Source of the DNA: the human T2T-CHM13v2.0 reference genome, Homo sapiens
Reading direction: 5' to 3' (one strand)
NCBI RefSeq assembly: GCF_009914755.1
Contig: NC_060942.1
DNA length: 64,000 bases
Shown: positions 1 to 13,821 of the stretch, piece after piece
Numbering within the stretch: the first letter of the stretch is position 1
Layout: the number at the start of each line of letters is the position of its first letter
Made by a program: the position numbers and the translations under genes
Notes under the pieces: generated by a model
The model's database searches: none
The model's input: only the letters and a program-made list of their open reading frames with translations
Told to the model about the DNA's origin: nothing

Positions 1-115
1 ATTTCAATTTTCTTTGAATCTCTGAATAGGCCTATTTGAACGTTTTTTGAGGAGAAGAAAACAGATATGTAGTGTGAAATTTGGTGTAGGAAATGCTGAT
101 AATAATTAAAGAGGA

Positions 116-686
<571 letters not shown>

Positions 687-1174
687 TCAGCCATGTGGAC
701 ACACTGAATTTTCTTCCTTAGATAGGCTGTGCTAAGTGTGTTCATTTGGGTTTCTAAAGTTTTCTCTATCTTAAGTATCATGTAAACTTGGCATAATAAG
801 GCATGATTAAACAGGGAGGCTAGAGAAAATATGCATTCCATCTTTCAAGAAGAATCCACAAACTGAACCTTGCTTCTCACACTGCTCTAGTCCTCATCCA
901 GGCACTTGTTTCCCCTAGAACAAGTAATTGCTCTTAGGGAGAATCTTAAAAGATGGGCTCATGTTTCCTATGGAGGGACTTGTATTTGGGACTTCCGCTT
1001 TCCTCTGCCCCTCATCCTGGACATTACTCCAGGAGAAGGAGGCATGTCCCTTCCCTGACTGGTGAGAAGGAGGAACTGGCCATGCTTGGCTCAGTCCTAA
1101 TGGCTTCCTTTTTCTCTCTCCCCCAGGTTCATCTGCCTGTCCATGGCATGCATTCTCATCTGCTCTTTGGAGCC

Positions 1175-1310
1175 CAAATCTTACCTTTACTAATGGCTAG
1201 CTGTGTAATCTTGGAGAAATTTCTCAAATTTTTGGTGTCTTTTTTGTTTTCTAGCTCGAAAATAGATGTGATAATAGATTGCCTCCTTGGATATTGTATG
1301 GAAGAGTCTT
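1175..1310 (+). mobile_element. MIR fragment
   Basis: Degenerate MIR core (CTAGCTGTGTAATCTTGGAGAAATTTCTCAA...AAAATAGATGTGATAATAG); boundaries approximate. Confidence 0.55.
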
Positions 1311-3289
1311 TAATTAAAGATAAGGAAGACTTTTGCAGAGGTAAACAGATGAAGCACAGCATACACTATCTCTCACCTCCAGAGACAGAGCCAACACATC
1401 CATGAATATGTGTCTTGTTGAAGGGGTGGTATTAAAGGATAGGGGTGTTGCACATACTAAAAGCTGTCTGTACCTGATGGATACTTGATAAACCTTTGTT
1501 AGGTGAAGTCCTAATTGAAAGAAGGAAGGTATATTTTGAAATGGCTCCAGATGATTCTGCTAAATACCCCTTTTCCTCTCCTGCTACAACACACACGCAT
1601 GCTTGCACACGTATACACACACACACCACATTTGTGCATATAAGCACATCGCCTATTGACAATCATTGTGAAACCTCCCTCTTTACAGCTGTCTTTTATT
1701 AAACTATTTATGACACATATGCTTTCTAAAGACAGCAGGCTGGTAATTTCTTTTTCCTCTTGACAAGCACTGTTAAGAATATACTTATTTTCTACTATTT
1801 TAAAAAGTAATATTTACAAACCACTAGCATTTTCTGAATTATATTTGACAGCGTACACTACTTGCTTCATGATCCAAATATAGTATATTGAATAGATGAC
1901 GATGTCCTTCACAGTCACTATTGAGTCATAAGGCGCTGAAGGGAAGTCTGGCTCATGGGAAGTGCTCTCTCTTACGGGGAGAGCAAAGGCTGGGACACGA
2001 CCTTTGATTTCTTCCTTCTGTTATAATAGTAGATTTTTTAAAAATTCAAACTCAAAATCTAAGTTGTCTTTCATGTTACATTCACTAATAGTGCATATTA
2101 TAGCTAGATATATGTAAATATAGGTCTTTAGAATATCCTCGTCTAAAATAATTATTGCAGACAACACATCTATCATTTAGGTTCATGTTGTAGAAACCTG
2201 GATTACGGCTTAAAAAGGTTTCTAGTCACTCATTACTAATTTTCTTTACTTATACTTGCCTTTAATTCAATTTTGAAAATACGTATAATATGAGAGATTT
2301 CCTTCTTGGATGTTATATGGAATGGTGAAATAATACCCTGTAGTAGTTGAGAAACATGGAGAATTTAAAAGGGTTAAGCTCAAAACAATACAGGCAAGGA
2401 GTACAAAGACTTTGTTAAAAAAACAGGTTATATGTGGCTTATCATTAGATCATATAGTTTGATATGTGTAAAAAGTAATGCTCAGATATGTGGTAAAGTA
2501 GGGAAGATAAATAAAATTTACTCAATCTGTTTCTCTTAGATGGAAAGCTAGTGCCATATATTCTTTTTTTAATCTTCAGGGATAAACATAAAACATGGCC
2601 CCATAATTACCTCCATTTCTAGTATGTTCTCTGTGCTGCAGGTATGATAGTAGGTGACTGGCAAGCATTGGCTAATTTGATTCACAATTTAGTGTGGCAA
2701 TAATATGTTGGCTCTGATTTTTTAAATAGAAGAAAAAATAAGCATTCAGTATGTAAATTGGAAAGCATTATCTCTTTAACAGAAGGTTAACTTTATTAAA
2801 CATTTTGCTGCACTAGGTCTATGACATTTGAGAAGGAAATTTTACAAAGATTTTGGAAATCCCCAAATCTACATATGTATCTTTCCATAAAGTACATGTA
2901 CAATGATTTTGAGAACAGCAAAACTCATCTGGAAGGCACATGCTGGAAGATGGGCTTTGTTCACCCTGAGTGCCCACTCATGTTCACCTACTAACATATA
3001 AACTCACAGGGGTAGGACTCCTGGTAGGACATGTGACAGATCAGAAATGTGAGAAGACAAGGGGGCTCGTGTACAGCTGAAGGGACAGATATTCAATTGT
3101 AGAAGGCCCGTGTATAATCTCTTTCCACACTTGTTTGTGCGTGTTTGAATAATGTTGTATATACAGATTTGCACCTGCAGTTCCCCTTCTATGCATTTCC
3201 CATGTCGTTAGAAGAATTAAAATTCCTCTGTCATAGAGAAAAATACAAATTATTTGTAATGTTGACTAGATATTTTATGTTAAGAATTA

Positions 3290-3555
3290 TTAATGTTTGT
3301 GTGTAATAATGTCATATTCTGAAAGTTTTTATCTTGGAAGCACACATACTGAGGAATTTATAGATGTAATAATATGTCAGGATTTTGCTTCAAAATATGT
3401 ACTCGAGAGGGGCAAAGTAAGTAGGAGTATGAATGAAGTAAGTTTGGTACTGTGCTGATAATTGTTGAATCTGGGTGATGGAAATGATGGAATTTATTAT
3501 ACTGTTCTCTGTATTTTGCATATATTTAAACGTTTTCATGATTAAAAGTTAAAGT
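3290..3555 (+). mobile_element. Old L1M (L1ME/L1MC-type) 3' end fragment
   Basis: TGCTGATAATTGTTGAATCTGGGTGATGG...TTATTATACTGTTCTCTGTATTTTGCATATATTTAAA...ATTAAAAGTTAAA resembles the L1ME 3' terminus. Confidence 0.6.
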
Positions 3556-3769
3556 TTTTCTATAAATTTAATTTCTAATGGCTTTATGATGGTCACAATA
3601 AGGATATATTCATGTAATCATTTATATTATACAATTTGGGGACATTTTATGTATTTTTTATTTTTCAAGATCATGTAAGGTATGGTAATCCACATTTCTC
3701 TGTGCATGAAATTTTACCAACATTTAAAATTAGTCTGGGGGAGAATTTTGGGGGTATATTACTGCACCA

Positions 3770-4174
<405 letters not shown>

Positions 4175-4377
4175 CTAATAATTATGAGAATGCCCGAACC
4201 ACCTCATGCTATTAGTATTGCCCATCATCATTTAAAAATGTATCTTAAATTGATAGATCATTTCGTTATGGATATTAGAAGAATGGATACTTCTTGAAAT
4301 ATGAGAAATTTATGCTGGTTGTAGAAAATTTGGAAAGTGCAGAAACATCCCAACAGTAAAAGAAAACCACTTGGTGA

Positions 4378-4703
<326 letters not shown>

Positions 4704-5069
4704 TGAAGTGCAAATTTTTCATAACAATCTTTTTTCAAAATATTTTGAAATATTCTCTGCTGTTCAGTTATAATGATAGCTGGAGGCATTATACAACTTT
4801 ATTTTGTAACATATTTTTTTCCAGTACAGATGTGAAAAGCTTCACATCTATTATTTAGTACTGCAATGTCAAATAAAGTTAGAGAGAAGTTTCAGAAAAA
4901 AAGATAAATTCGTAAAAGGCCATAGTCTCTGTGAGGAAAAGTGACATAGGACATTTCTCCATTGGCAGCAGTTAGGAAATGTAGGAAGAGCGTCAGAGTT
5001 TCTGAGTCAGCTTTCAGATGCATGTCCTCACTTTCTCTTCATTATACCCAAATGAAGATCTTGTTTGAA

Positions 5070-5516
5070 CTTTTTTTAAATTATACTTTAAGTTTTAGGG
5101 TACATGTGCACAACGTGCAGGTTTGTTACATATGTATTCATGTGCCATGTGGGTGTGCTGCACCCATTAACTCATCATTTAACATTAGGTATATCTCCTA
5201 ATGCTATCCCTCCCCCCTCCCCCCACCCCACAACATTGCGGCACTATTCACAATAGCAAAGACTTGGAACCAACCCAAATGTCCAACAATGATAGACTGG
5301 ATTAAGAAAATGTGGCACATATACACCATGGAATACTATGCAGCCATAAAAAATGATGAGTTCATGTCCTTTTTAGGGACATGGATGAAGCTGGAAACCA
5401 TCATTCTCAGCAAACTATCGCAAGGACACAAAACCAAACACGGCATGTTCTCACTCTTAGGTGGGAATTGAACAATGAGAACACATGGACACAGGAAGGG
5501 GAACATCACACACCGG
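5070..5516 (-). mobile_element. 5'-truncated, 5'-inverted L1PA (L1PA3/4-like)
   Basis: 5070-5235 is the L1 3' end on the minus strand, ~5235-5516 is the adjacent ORF2 end/3'UTR on the plus strand; 13-bp TSD GATCTTGTTTGAA at 5057-5069 and 5517-5529. Confidence 0.93.
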
Positions 5517-6589
5517 GATCTTGTTTGAAATTTACAGATAGAGAAGCGAAGGCCTTGGAGATACAACGTTCTTCGGAAAGTGGTCAGAGCCTCCTAACAT
5601 TGCTTCGGGGCTGCGCCCCTCCCCGCTCCCTCCTGTTTTGGCTTCTTGCCAGCCTGGATGTTCCTGGTCCCTGCAATGCTTGCACTTTCCTGAGTCAATA
5701 CTGTGGAATCTGTTGACCCTTCTTCTTGGAAACTGTTTTCTTCCATTTTTTTTTTTAAGAAAACTGTAAAGTTAATGCATACTCTTGGGAAAAAAGAATT
5801 CTAACAGAATTAAAGATTATAATTGAAACATACTTTATACACAGTTTTATATACCATTTTTTCTTAATACTATGAACAAGTTTTCTGTGTCCTTAGAAAG
5901 GTTGTAAATACCATAGTGGTTACAAGGGGCGTAGCCACATTCTAAGAGTGCATCGCCATTGACTTAATGCTCCACTGTATCCTCTAATTAGGCCACAGCC
6001 TTGGCTGACCCATGCTCCTGCCTAAACGTGACCAGTCTGCACCTCAGAAGGCCAGGCTCTCCCCTTGGCTGCCACCTACAGCCAATCTAACCAGCTGTGC
6101 ACCCGAGTCTCTGTTTTTTTTTTTTTTTTTTTTTTTTAATGTTTTCCCCATTACTTCAAGGTTTGGATAAAATAATGTACTATGGTTTGCAGCCTGGCTT
6201 CCCAAATAATGAGGCTGGAAGTCACAATCTGAAACTGAGTGAATTAACCCCCTGTTCAGGGAATTGAGTAATAAGGAAAAAAGACCTTGAAAGAGCTAGG
6301 AAGATTCATTTCCTCTTCTCCCTTTTTCTGATGAACAAACTGTTTCAGGAAAGAGATCTTGCTTACCTCTGCAGTCTCTCTGAGATGTCCCTCATGGCCA
6401 CATGAGTGCACCCAGCAAAGGACCCAACTTGGGAAGCTGTGGCCAGGATGGTATATGTCACTTTGCATTGCTTCTCATCCTTCCCTCCGTAGCTGTTTTC
6501 CTCACCTTCTTGCCATGAGTTTGCACGTCCTTAAACAAAATAGGAGCCTTTTTAGTCATTGCCTCAGACCAGGCTTTTTAGGGAACCTG

Positions 6590-7625
6590 AGCTCAGGCAG
6601 AGACCTAGATGCAGAGGGAGGTAGAATGTTCCAGGAAGGAGATGCAGAATGTACAAAAGCTTTGTGGGGTGAGGGAGCATGATAGGGTAAAAGCAAAGGA
6701 AGGTTGAAATGAAAAAAAAAAAAAAGTAAATGGCAAATGTGAAATGTGATGGAGAAAGGAAGAGGAGGGGCATGTGATGTAAACTAGCTGGGGACAAAAC
6801 CACAGAAGGTGGTATAGACCCCGGAAGCAGTCTGGTCTTGATTCTAAGAGTAACAGCAATCTACTGTAGGGCTTTAGGGAGGATGGCAGTGGGATGGAGA
6901 TGGGGTAGCATATTAGTCCATTTTCACACTGCTGTAAAGAACTGCCTGAGACTGGGTCATTTATACAGAAAAGAGATTTAGGTGACTCACAGTTCCGCAT
7001 GGCTGGTGAGGCCTCAGGAAACTTACAATCATGTCAGAAGGGGAAGGAGGGATGTCTTACGTGGTGGCAGGCGAGAGAGAGCCTATGAAGGAGGAACAGT
7101 CAAACACTTATAAACCATCAGATCTCATGAGAACTCACTCACTGTCATGAGAACAGCATGGGGGAAACTGTTTACATGATCCAGTCACCTCCTTCCCTTG
7201 AGATTTGGGGATTACAGGTCCCTTCCTCAACACATGGGGGTTACAATTCGAGATGGGATTTGGGTGGGGACACAGAGCCAAACCATGGGGGTTACAATTC
7301 GAGATGGGATTTGGGTAGTGACACTGGATTTGAATTTTGAAAGGGACACTCTGGTTATGCAGGGCAGAATAGATCGTCTGAAGGAGGTTTGCAGTGTGGA
7401 TATTGCTTGATCAGTTAGCAAGTGATGGCATATTACTGGAGAAAGATGACATTAGCTTGGACTACTGTGGGAATAATGGAAATGGAGAAAAATGAGAGAT
7501 ATTTGGGAAGTAAAATGGATAAGATCGATAAAGGTTGGATATGTAACCTGGGGCAGTGGAGGAGTCTTAGATAATTCCTAGGTCTCTATATTGAGCTATT
7601 TATTGGATGCTGGTGGCATTCACAG
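6590..7625 (-). mobile_element. L2 fragments interrupted by a MaLR LTR
   Basis: Purine-rich L2-like text (TAGCTTGGACTAC...GGAAATGGAGAAAAATGAGAGATATTTGGGAAGTAAAAT...TGGATGCTGGTGGCATTCAC) flanking the LTR. Confidence 0.55.
6909..7324 (-). mobile_element. MaLR solo LTR (THE1D/MSTA-type)
   Basis: TATTAGTCCATTTTCACACTGCTGTAAAGAACTGCCTGAGACTGGG...GATTTGGGTGGGGACACAGAGCCAAACCAT. Confidence 0.9.
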
Positions 7626-10439
7626 AGGTCAAACATTTGTGGCTGAGGTCAAACATTTGTGATGTACCCGGTATAACTGCTCCCTGAAGTTCCCTGAAGC
7701 TGAGAGAGTGAACAGATGGTAAGGAGAGGCAAGCTGGCCTTGCCTTCCTGGATTTTATGTTTTCAAATGACTGAGAGTACTGTATGGATTGGACATGTGA
7801 CTAAAAGAATTCCCTGCCCTTCCCCACCTTGCAACCCCCTTCCCCAGATCTGAAGTTGAATTATACACTAATGAGCACATGTCTGGCCCAAATTAGGTCT
7901 AGAATGCATGTGTCTAATGTGGGCCTTCTAATATTCAGTCTTCCCTGTATATTAGTGAGCTATTTCATTTTTCAAATAATTGGAGTCATGTTGTAGTTCT
8001 TCCAGGGAAATTCCAATCACCAGGGCTAGTGTCTCTGCCCTTGATCACACTGATTTATAGAAGTCATCTTCTTCATTTGTAAAGTATTTGTTGTGTTTAT
8101 TATGAGTGAGACACTAAGTAGGGCACAATATGAATATGACATGGGTCTTGCTCACTAATTTTCAGCAAGATAAGAGATTATATTGTCCTTCATCACATTG
8201 ATTTATGGAAGAGTCCATATGCAGGACTCAATCTCCTATCCTTTCTGCATTGCTGTCTTTGAGAGCTTGCAGTCATAGAACAGATTTTGAAAAATGAGTG
8301 GCAGTCAATTTTGACTGCCTCAGAAAATAATACCCATAGTGTGGCTAAGAGGGTAGAGCATGGTTGGGTGCAAAAATTTGAATATGCCTAACCACTTTCC
8401 TGTAACTTGTATATTCCATATTTCTGAACTGGGTTATTATACCAACTTGTAAGATGACATTTCTGAGAACAAGTTGAGTATAAGTCACTGATTATGTTTA
8501 AAACTGAAGTGTTATCTACTCTATAGTTATAAATTTTCTCAGACTCCTGCAAATTGTTTACTAATAGCTTGCTTTTCCATGTGATTCAGATTTTGTCTTT
8601 ATAGATATGTGGGTTGGAAAGTGGGATGTGGCATATCCTAATCAGATACATATTATTAGGAGGTTATCTTAAAGCCTCATTCTCAATCACTTTTATATAT
8701 TTTTGATGCTGATATAAATCAATAGAATTTCATATTCTAGAGAGTAAATTTGCTAAACTAGATGAACCAAGACAGTACATTATTAATATATTACTTAGTA
8801 TTTAGAATCTTAAACATCAGTAGGACATGGGAGGTTATTCCTGACTTGACAATTGTTTTTTAGCCTCTTCAATAGGTAGCTTTGGCTCTTGCTTTCAGTG
8901 CTTTCAGCAATGAAGGCTCATGTGGACAGACAGTGATATATTCTTTTTTGCATGTTAATTATCAATATTTATTATGATTTATGCTTCATTATTATTTGCA
9001 ACTATTTTAATGCCACTCCTATACCCAGAATATCCACAGCATTTTTAAAATTGTTTTTCTTTATTTAGCTATTACCGTTAACATTAATTATATCAATTTT
9101 GAATAAAGGGATATGGAAATATTCTATATAATTTTTTTACAGCCTCAATATTCTTTTCTTCAACATTTTGTGGTATAGAAGAATTTCCTTTCACCAATGG
9201 ATTTTTATCCTTTGAAAATATGAAGGACTGCTGTTTTAGCAAGTCAAAATGTTACCTGGGAATGATCAATGGTTATGATTTACCATCTTGTATTACTGGT
9301 TAAAAAAATGGAAAATTTGAAAGATGCATGTATTTTTTAAATTAGTTAATTACATTTGGATAGTCTTATAATAGTGAATCATTTTGCTGGAAATGATATA
9401 GTAGTATTCATTCCCTTTATCTTAGATTGCATTTAGGTCTTTGAAATATTGCTCCACATATGAATTGAATTTTTTGGGGGTGAAGTTTCTTCTAAAAGTT
9501 ATCTGCCTCATTTATTTGCAAAGCATTTGTTGAATGTTTATTATAAGTGAGGCACTAGGTAGGGAAAAACATGGATAAGAAGATATGAGACCTGCCCATT
9601 GGTTTATCAGCAAGATAAGTTATTGCAGACTTCCTCTTCTAGCAAATTTGGTGGATATTTACAGTGAGTGAACTTGATCACAGTAAACTGCTTTTGCAAG
9701 CCTGGTGAGAAAACTGATCCACAAATTATGTAATGTAAGGGATAGCTAAAAGCCATGATATCAGTTTTAATAAGTAGTAGAAAAAGCATTAATTGTGTTA
9801 ACAAGGTGGCATTAGTTGTATTACAATCCATATGGACCTTGGTTTGCATAGGCCCCGTGTAAATAGCTGGAATTAGAATTCTTAAATTTCTGGAATTAGA
9901 ACTCTTACTGGTCTGTAAATTGGGTCAACTGGAACTCCTTCAAAATCTACTGGAAATGTTGGGGTATGAATTTCAGATGAAAGAAAGGGAAGAATTTTTT
10001 TTAATTGATTGTCTATGCAGCTGGTAGTTATGTGTTTTATATACATTTACTATTTATATTGTCAGTTGGGTAATATTTTCTCCATTTCAGATGAAGAAGC
10101 TGAGGTTTAGGGTGCCCAAGTACTCTTGTTGTAACTTGGGTGAACTTGAAAGTGACCCATGTCGGCTGGGAGGGGTGGCGGTTCTGAGAGTCAGGGAGGT
10201 GCACTGGACAGAGAATCCTCTGTGTCCAAGATTGTGTTCTACATTTTATGAGGATTTAATAAACACAAATAAAATACAATGCAGGCTAAAACTGAACTTG
10301 ATACAGTTCCTTCTCAGCCTCATCTTCCACTATATTTCATATCCTCATTGAATATCATCTACTTGTCTTCTATCCTAGAAACAAGCATCATGATCATCAT
10401 ATTCAGCTTCTATTTTATTTATTCAATACTCAACAGGGG

Positions 10440-10630
10440 ACAGACATGTTATATATTGTGTCATTTAGTATTTACAACTACTGAGCATTCTCATTTATTC
10501 CTATTTCATATTGGATGAAACTCAGGTTTAGGAAAGAAAAATCACTTGTTCAAAACCTCAGTTAGTGAGCAGAAAGATCACGACTCAGACTCAGGTGTAC
10601 CTCACCCAAAGCCCAGGTTTTGTATAGTGC
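10440..10630 (-). mobile_element. MIR fragment
   Basis: ATTCCTATTTCATATTGGATGAAACTCAGGTTTAGG...TCACTTGTTCAAA...CTCAGACTCAGGTGT...CCAAAGCCC. Confidence 0.55.
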
Positions 10631-10707
10631 AGTAATTGCTTCCTATCTGGTCAAAAATTTATGTCGCTTGAGCTTCTGAATATCTTTCTGGGCTTTCTCC
10701 CCCTATT

Positions 10708-11014
<307 letters not shown>

Positions 11015-11504
11015 TTCCCCCTATTTTTATTGCAGCTGCCTTGGCCTGCATTATCTGTCCCTTGGTGGAGTTATCTTTCTAACTCTGGTTCTTCCTCCAT
11101 GTCTGTAGCTCACCTTTTGCCATTTCCCACTCAAAACTCTCAGATGGCATCATATTAGGGTGCATTCTGAGCTAATGATTCTTTAGCTGGCAAGGAAAAT
11201 GCATGTCTGAATAAAGGTATAGAGTGGTTTGAGAAGTTTTACTCAATTGGATTAATTTATATTTTATACAAGTAAAATCTTACACAATTTCATTATACAA
11301 ATTAAATAAAACACTAAATGCTAAATAAAAACAAAAGAAGTAATGCTTGGCAACATTTTCATGGCAAGTGGAAATATGCTCAGTGTAGAATGAGAAAATA
11401 TTTGATGTAAACCCTACTATTACAAAGACTGTGTCATGTTTGTTAATTATGGATAAAGATCTTATGCATCTACAAGTTGACTGATTTAAGGCAGGCAGTT
11501 ACTG

Positions 11505-12378
11505 TGGGCCAGTTGGCTGCCCACCCAATGTTTATGCTACAATTTTTTTTTTTTTTGAGGTGGAGTCTTGCTCTGTTGCCCAGGCTGGAGTGCAGTGGCA
11601 CGATCTCGGCTCACTGCAAGCTCCGCCTCCCGGGTTCACCATTCTCCTGCCTCAGCCTCCCAAGTAGCTGGGATTACAGGCGCCCACCACCATGCCCGGC
11701 TAATTTTTTTTTTTTTTTGTATTTTTAGTGGAGGCGGGGTTTCACCATGTTAGCCGGGATGGTCTTGATCTCCCGACCTCATGATCCACCTGCCTCGGCC
11801 TCCCAAAGTGCTGGGATTATAGTCATGAGCCGCTGCACCCGGCCTATGCTACAATTCTTTCTTGCTAACAAAATTCCAGTTTTGTTCATGTGGCAAAGTG
11901 CTTGAATTTGGTAGATAAATCATGGTGAGTCTCAGAGAATGCTAGTAATTCTAGTTCCCTTTGACAGTGATTGTCCTAGGGGGCCATATGACCCAGTTCT
12001 GGGCAGTGATCTATGAAGTCCTCTGGGCTTCTCTAGAAAAATATTTCTTCTTGAGAGAAATATTGTAATTCTGTAATGAGAAAATCTATTCTTTTGACTG
12101 CTCCTTTGCTTCCTGTGTTGGGAATGATGGCTGGAGGTATGGCAGCTATCTTGTGACAGTGAGGATTCAAGCCTGAGGACAAAGCCAACACCCTAAAACA
12201 GAAGGTTGAAGGAGCCTAGGTTTGATGGCTTTGAACCATTGAATCAACTCTGTGACTGCCAATCAAATGGCTTCTTTTTAGCAAATTATAAATATTCCTA
12301 TGCACATAACCACCATTAATCCAGTTTTTAAAAAATTATTTCTATTGAAATTTACTATTTCTATTCTAACTGGGTACA
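11505..12378 (+). mobile_element. MLT1J/K-type MaLR LTR interrupted by AluY
   Basis: GCTAACAAAATTCCAGTTTTGTTCA, GGCCATATGACCCAGTTCTGG, GATGGCTGGAGGTATGGCAGCTATCTTGTGAC are MLT1J/K-like motifs; ends approximate. Confidence 0.65.
11545..11844 (-). mobile_element. AluY
   Basis: TGCAAGCTCCGCCTCCCGGGTTCA and GGATGGTCTTGATCTCC; TSD TATGCTACAATT at 11533-11544 and 11845-11856. Confidence 0.96.
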
Positions 12379-13070
12379 TGTAAAGCATCTCTGAACCCTG
12401 AGAAGCGTATTGTATTTTATTCCATCTTCCCCAGGAGTTAGTTTTCATCCTTGGCTTTGCTAGCTAAATACCAGAAGATTGTCAACATAAAATAATTTAT
12501 ATTTAATTTTGGGCATTACCAATTGCTGGTTATTAATAGACTGTGGTTTTAGGTATATACGAAAAGTAAATACAAAGTTTCTTTTCCATGGATCAGAAAA
12601 GAGTGCATGTTTGGAAGACTTCTACCTATCACTGGCAACAGCTAGCATGATTTCTCTTCTGTAAGAGTGACGGGTCATTATTCCTATTTTCCTCTTGTTC
12701 TTTTAGGTGGCTGATAATGGAAATATACAGTTCAAAAACTTTCAAAGCTTATATCCAGTATTGATTCACATGTATTGAAAAGAAAAGGATTGTGGTTTTG
12801 GGAATATTTTAGTCTAAAAATTCTACACAATAATATTGCATCACCCTCTTGACTACTTGAACACTATTGAAGTCATACTTGTGCAAACCCCATTTAAAGG
12901 TATAATTTGAGAACTTACACTTCTAATTACAAATAATTTTTAAATGCCACATTTCTGAGGAAACCTCATAAAAATATTTATTATAATGGCTTCCAAATTT
13001 TACCTGCAGTGAAAATTGAGAAGAAATTCCAGAATATGAATTTATCTGGATATATAGTTGTGTTAGTCAG

Positions 13071-13152
13071 GGAGTTTTAGACTGCAGTGAGCCGCGATCA
13101 CACTACTGCACTTCAGCCTGGGCAACAGAGACCCTGTCTCAAAGAAAAAAAA
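13071..13152 (+). mobile_element. AluJ 3' portion (inverted piece)
   Basis: GACTGCAGTGAGCCGCGATCACACTACTGCACTTCAGCCTGGGCAACAGAGACCCTGTCTC followed by an A tail. Confidence 0.9.
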
Positions 13153-13454
13153 ATCCTAGATATTTTTGTAAGGTATGTTTTAGATGAAGCTAACAGTTAA
13201 CCAGTAGACTTTGAGTAAAGCAGATTACTCTTTATAAGTAGATAGGCCTCATATAATCAGTTAAAGGCCTGAATAGAACAAAGACTAACCTCCCTCAAAG
13301 AAAAGAGGGAATTCTGACAGCAGATGGCCTTCAGGCTCGAACTGTGCTATCAACTCTTCCTGGGCTTCCAGCTGCCAGCCTACTCTGCATATTTCAGACT
13401 TGCCAGCCTCCAAAATTGCAAGCCAATTTCTTGAAAAAGATCAAAATTTATATA

Positions 13455-13511
13455 TAGACATACACATGCACACCGACAAACACAGACACACATGCACACA
13501 TAGACACACAT

Positions 13512-13569
<58 letters not shown>
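13455..13569. repeat. Compound (CA)n microsatellite within MLT2
   Basis: Directly visible. Confidence 0.95.
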
Positions 13570-13572
<3 letters not shown>

Positions 13573-13598
13573 ATTGGTTCTATTTCTAGTGGTTAAAT

Positions 13599-13821
13599 GT
13601 CTCAAACTCCTGGGTTCAGGCAATCCTCCTGCCTCAGCCTCTTGAGTAGCTGGGATCACAGGCATGGACCACTATGCCCAGCTAATTTTAAATTTTTTTT
13701 TTTGTAGAGATTGGGTCTTGCCATGTTGCATAGGCCGGTCTTGAATCCTGTACTCAAGCAATCCTCCCACCTCAGCCTCCCAAAGTGCAGGGATTCCAGG
13801 TGTGAGCTGCCATGCTTGGCC
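13599..13821 (-). mobile_element. AluJ 5' portion
   Basis: Left arm plus start of right arm, J-type CAAGCAATCCTCCCACCTCAGCC; stops where the plus-strand piece at 13071 resumes. Confidence 0.9.
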
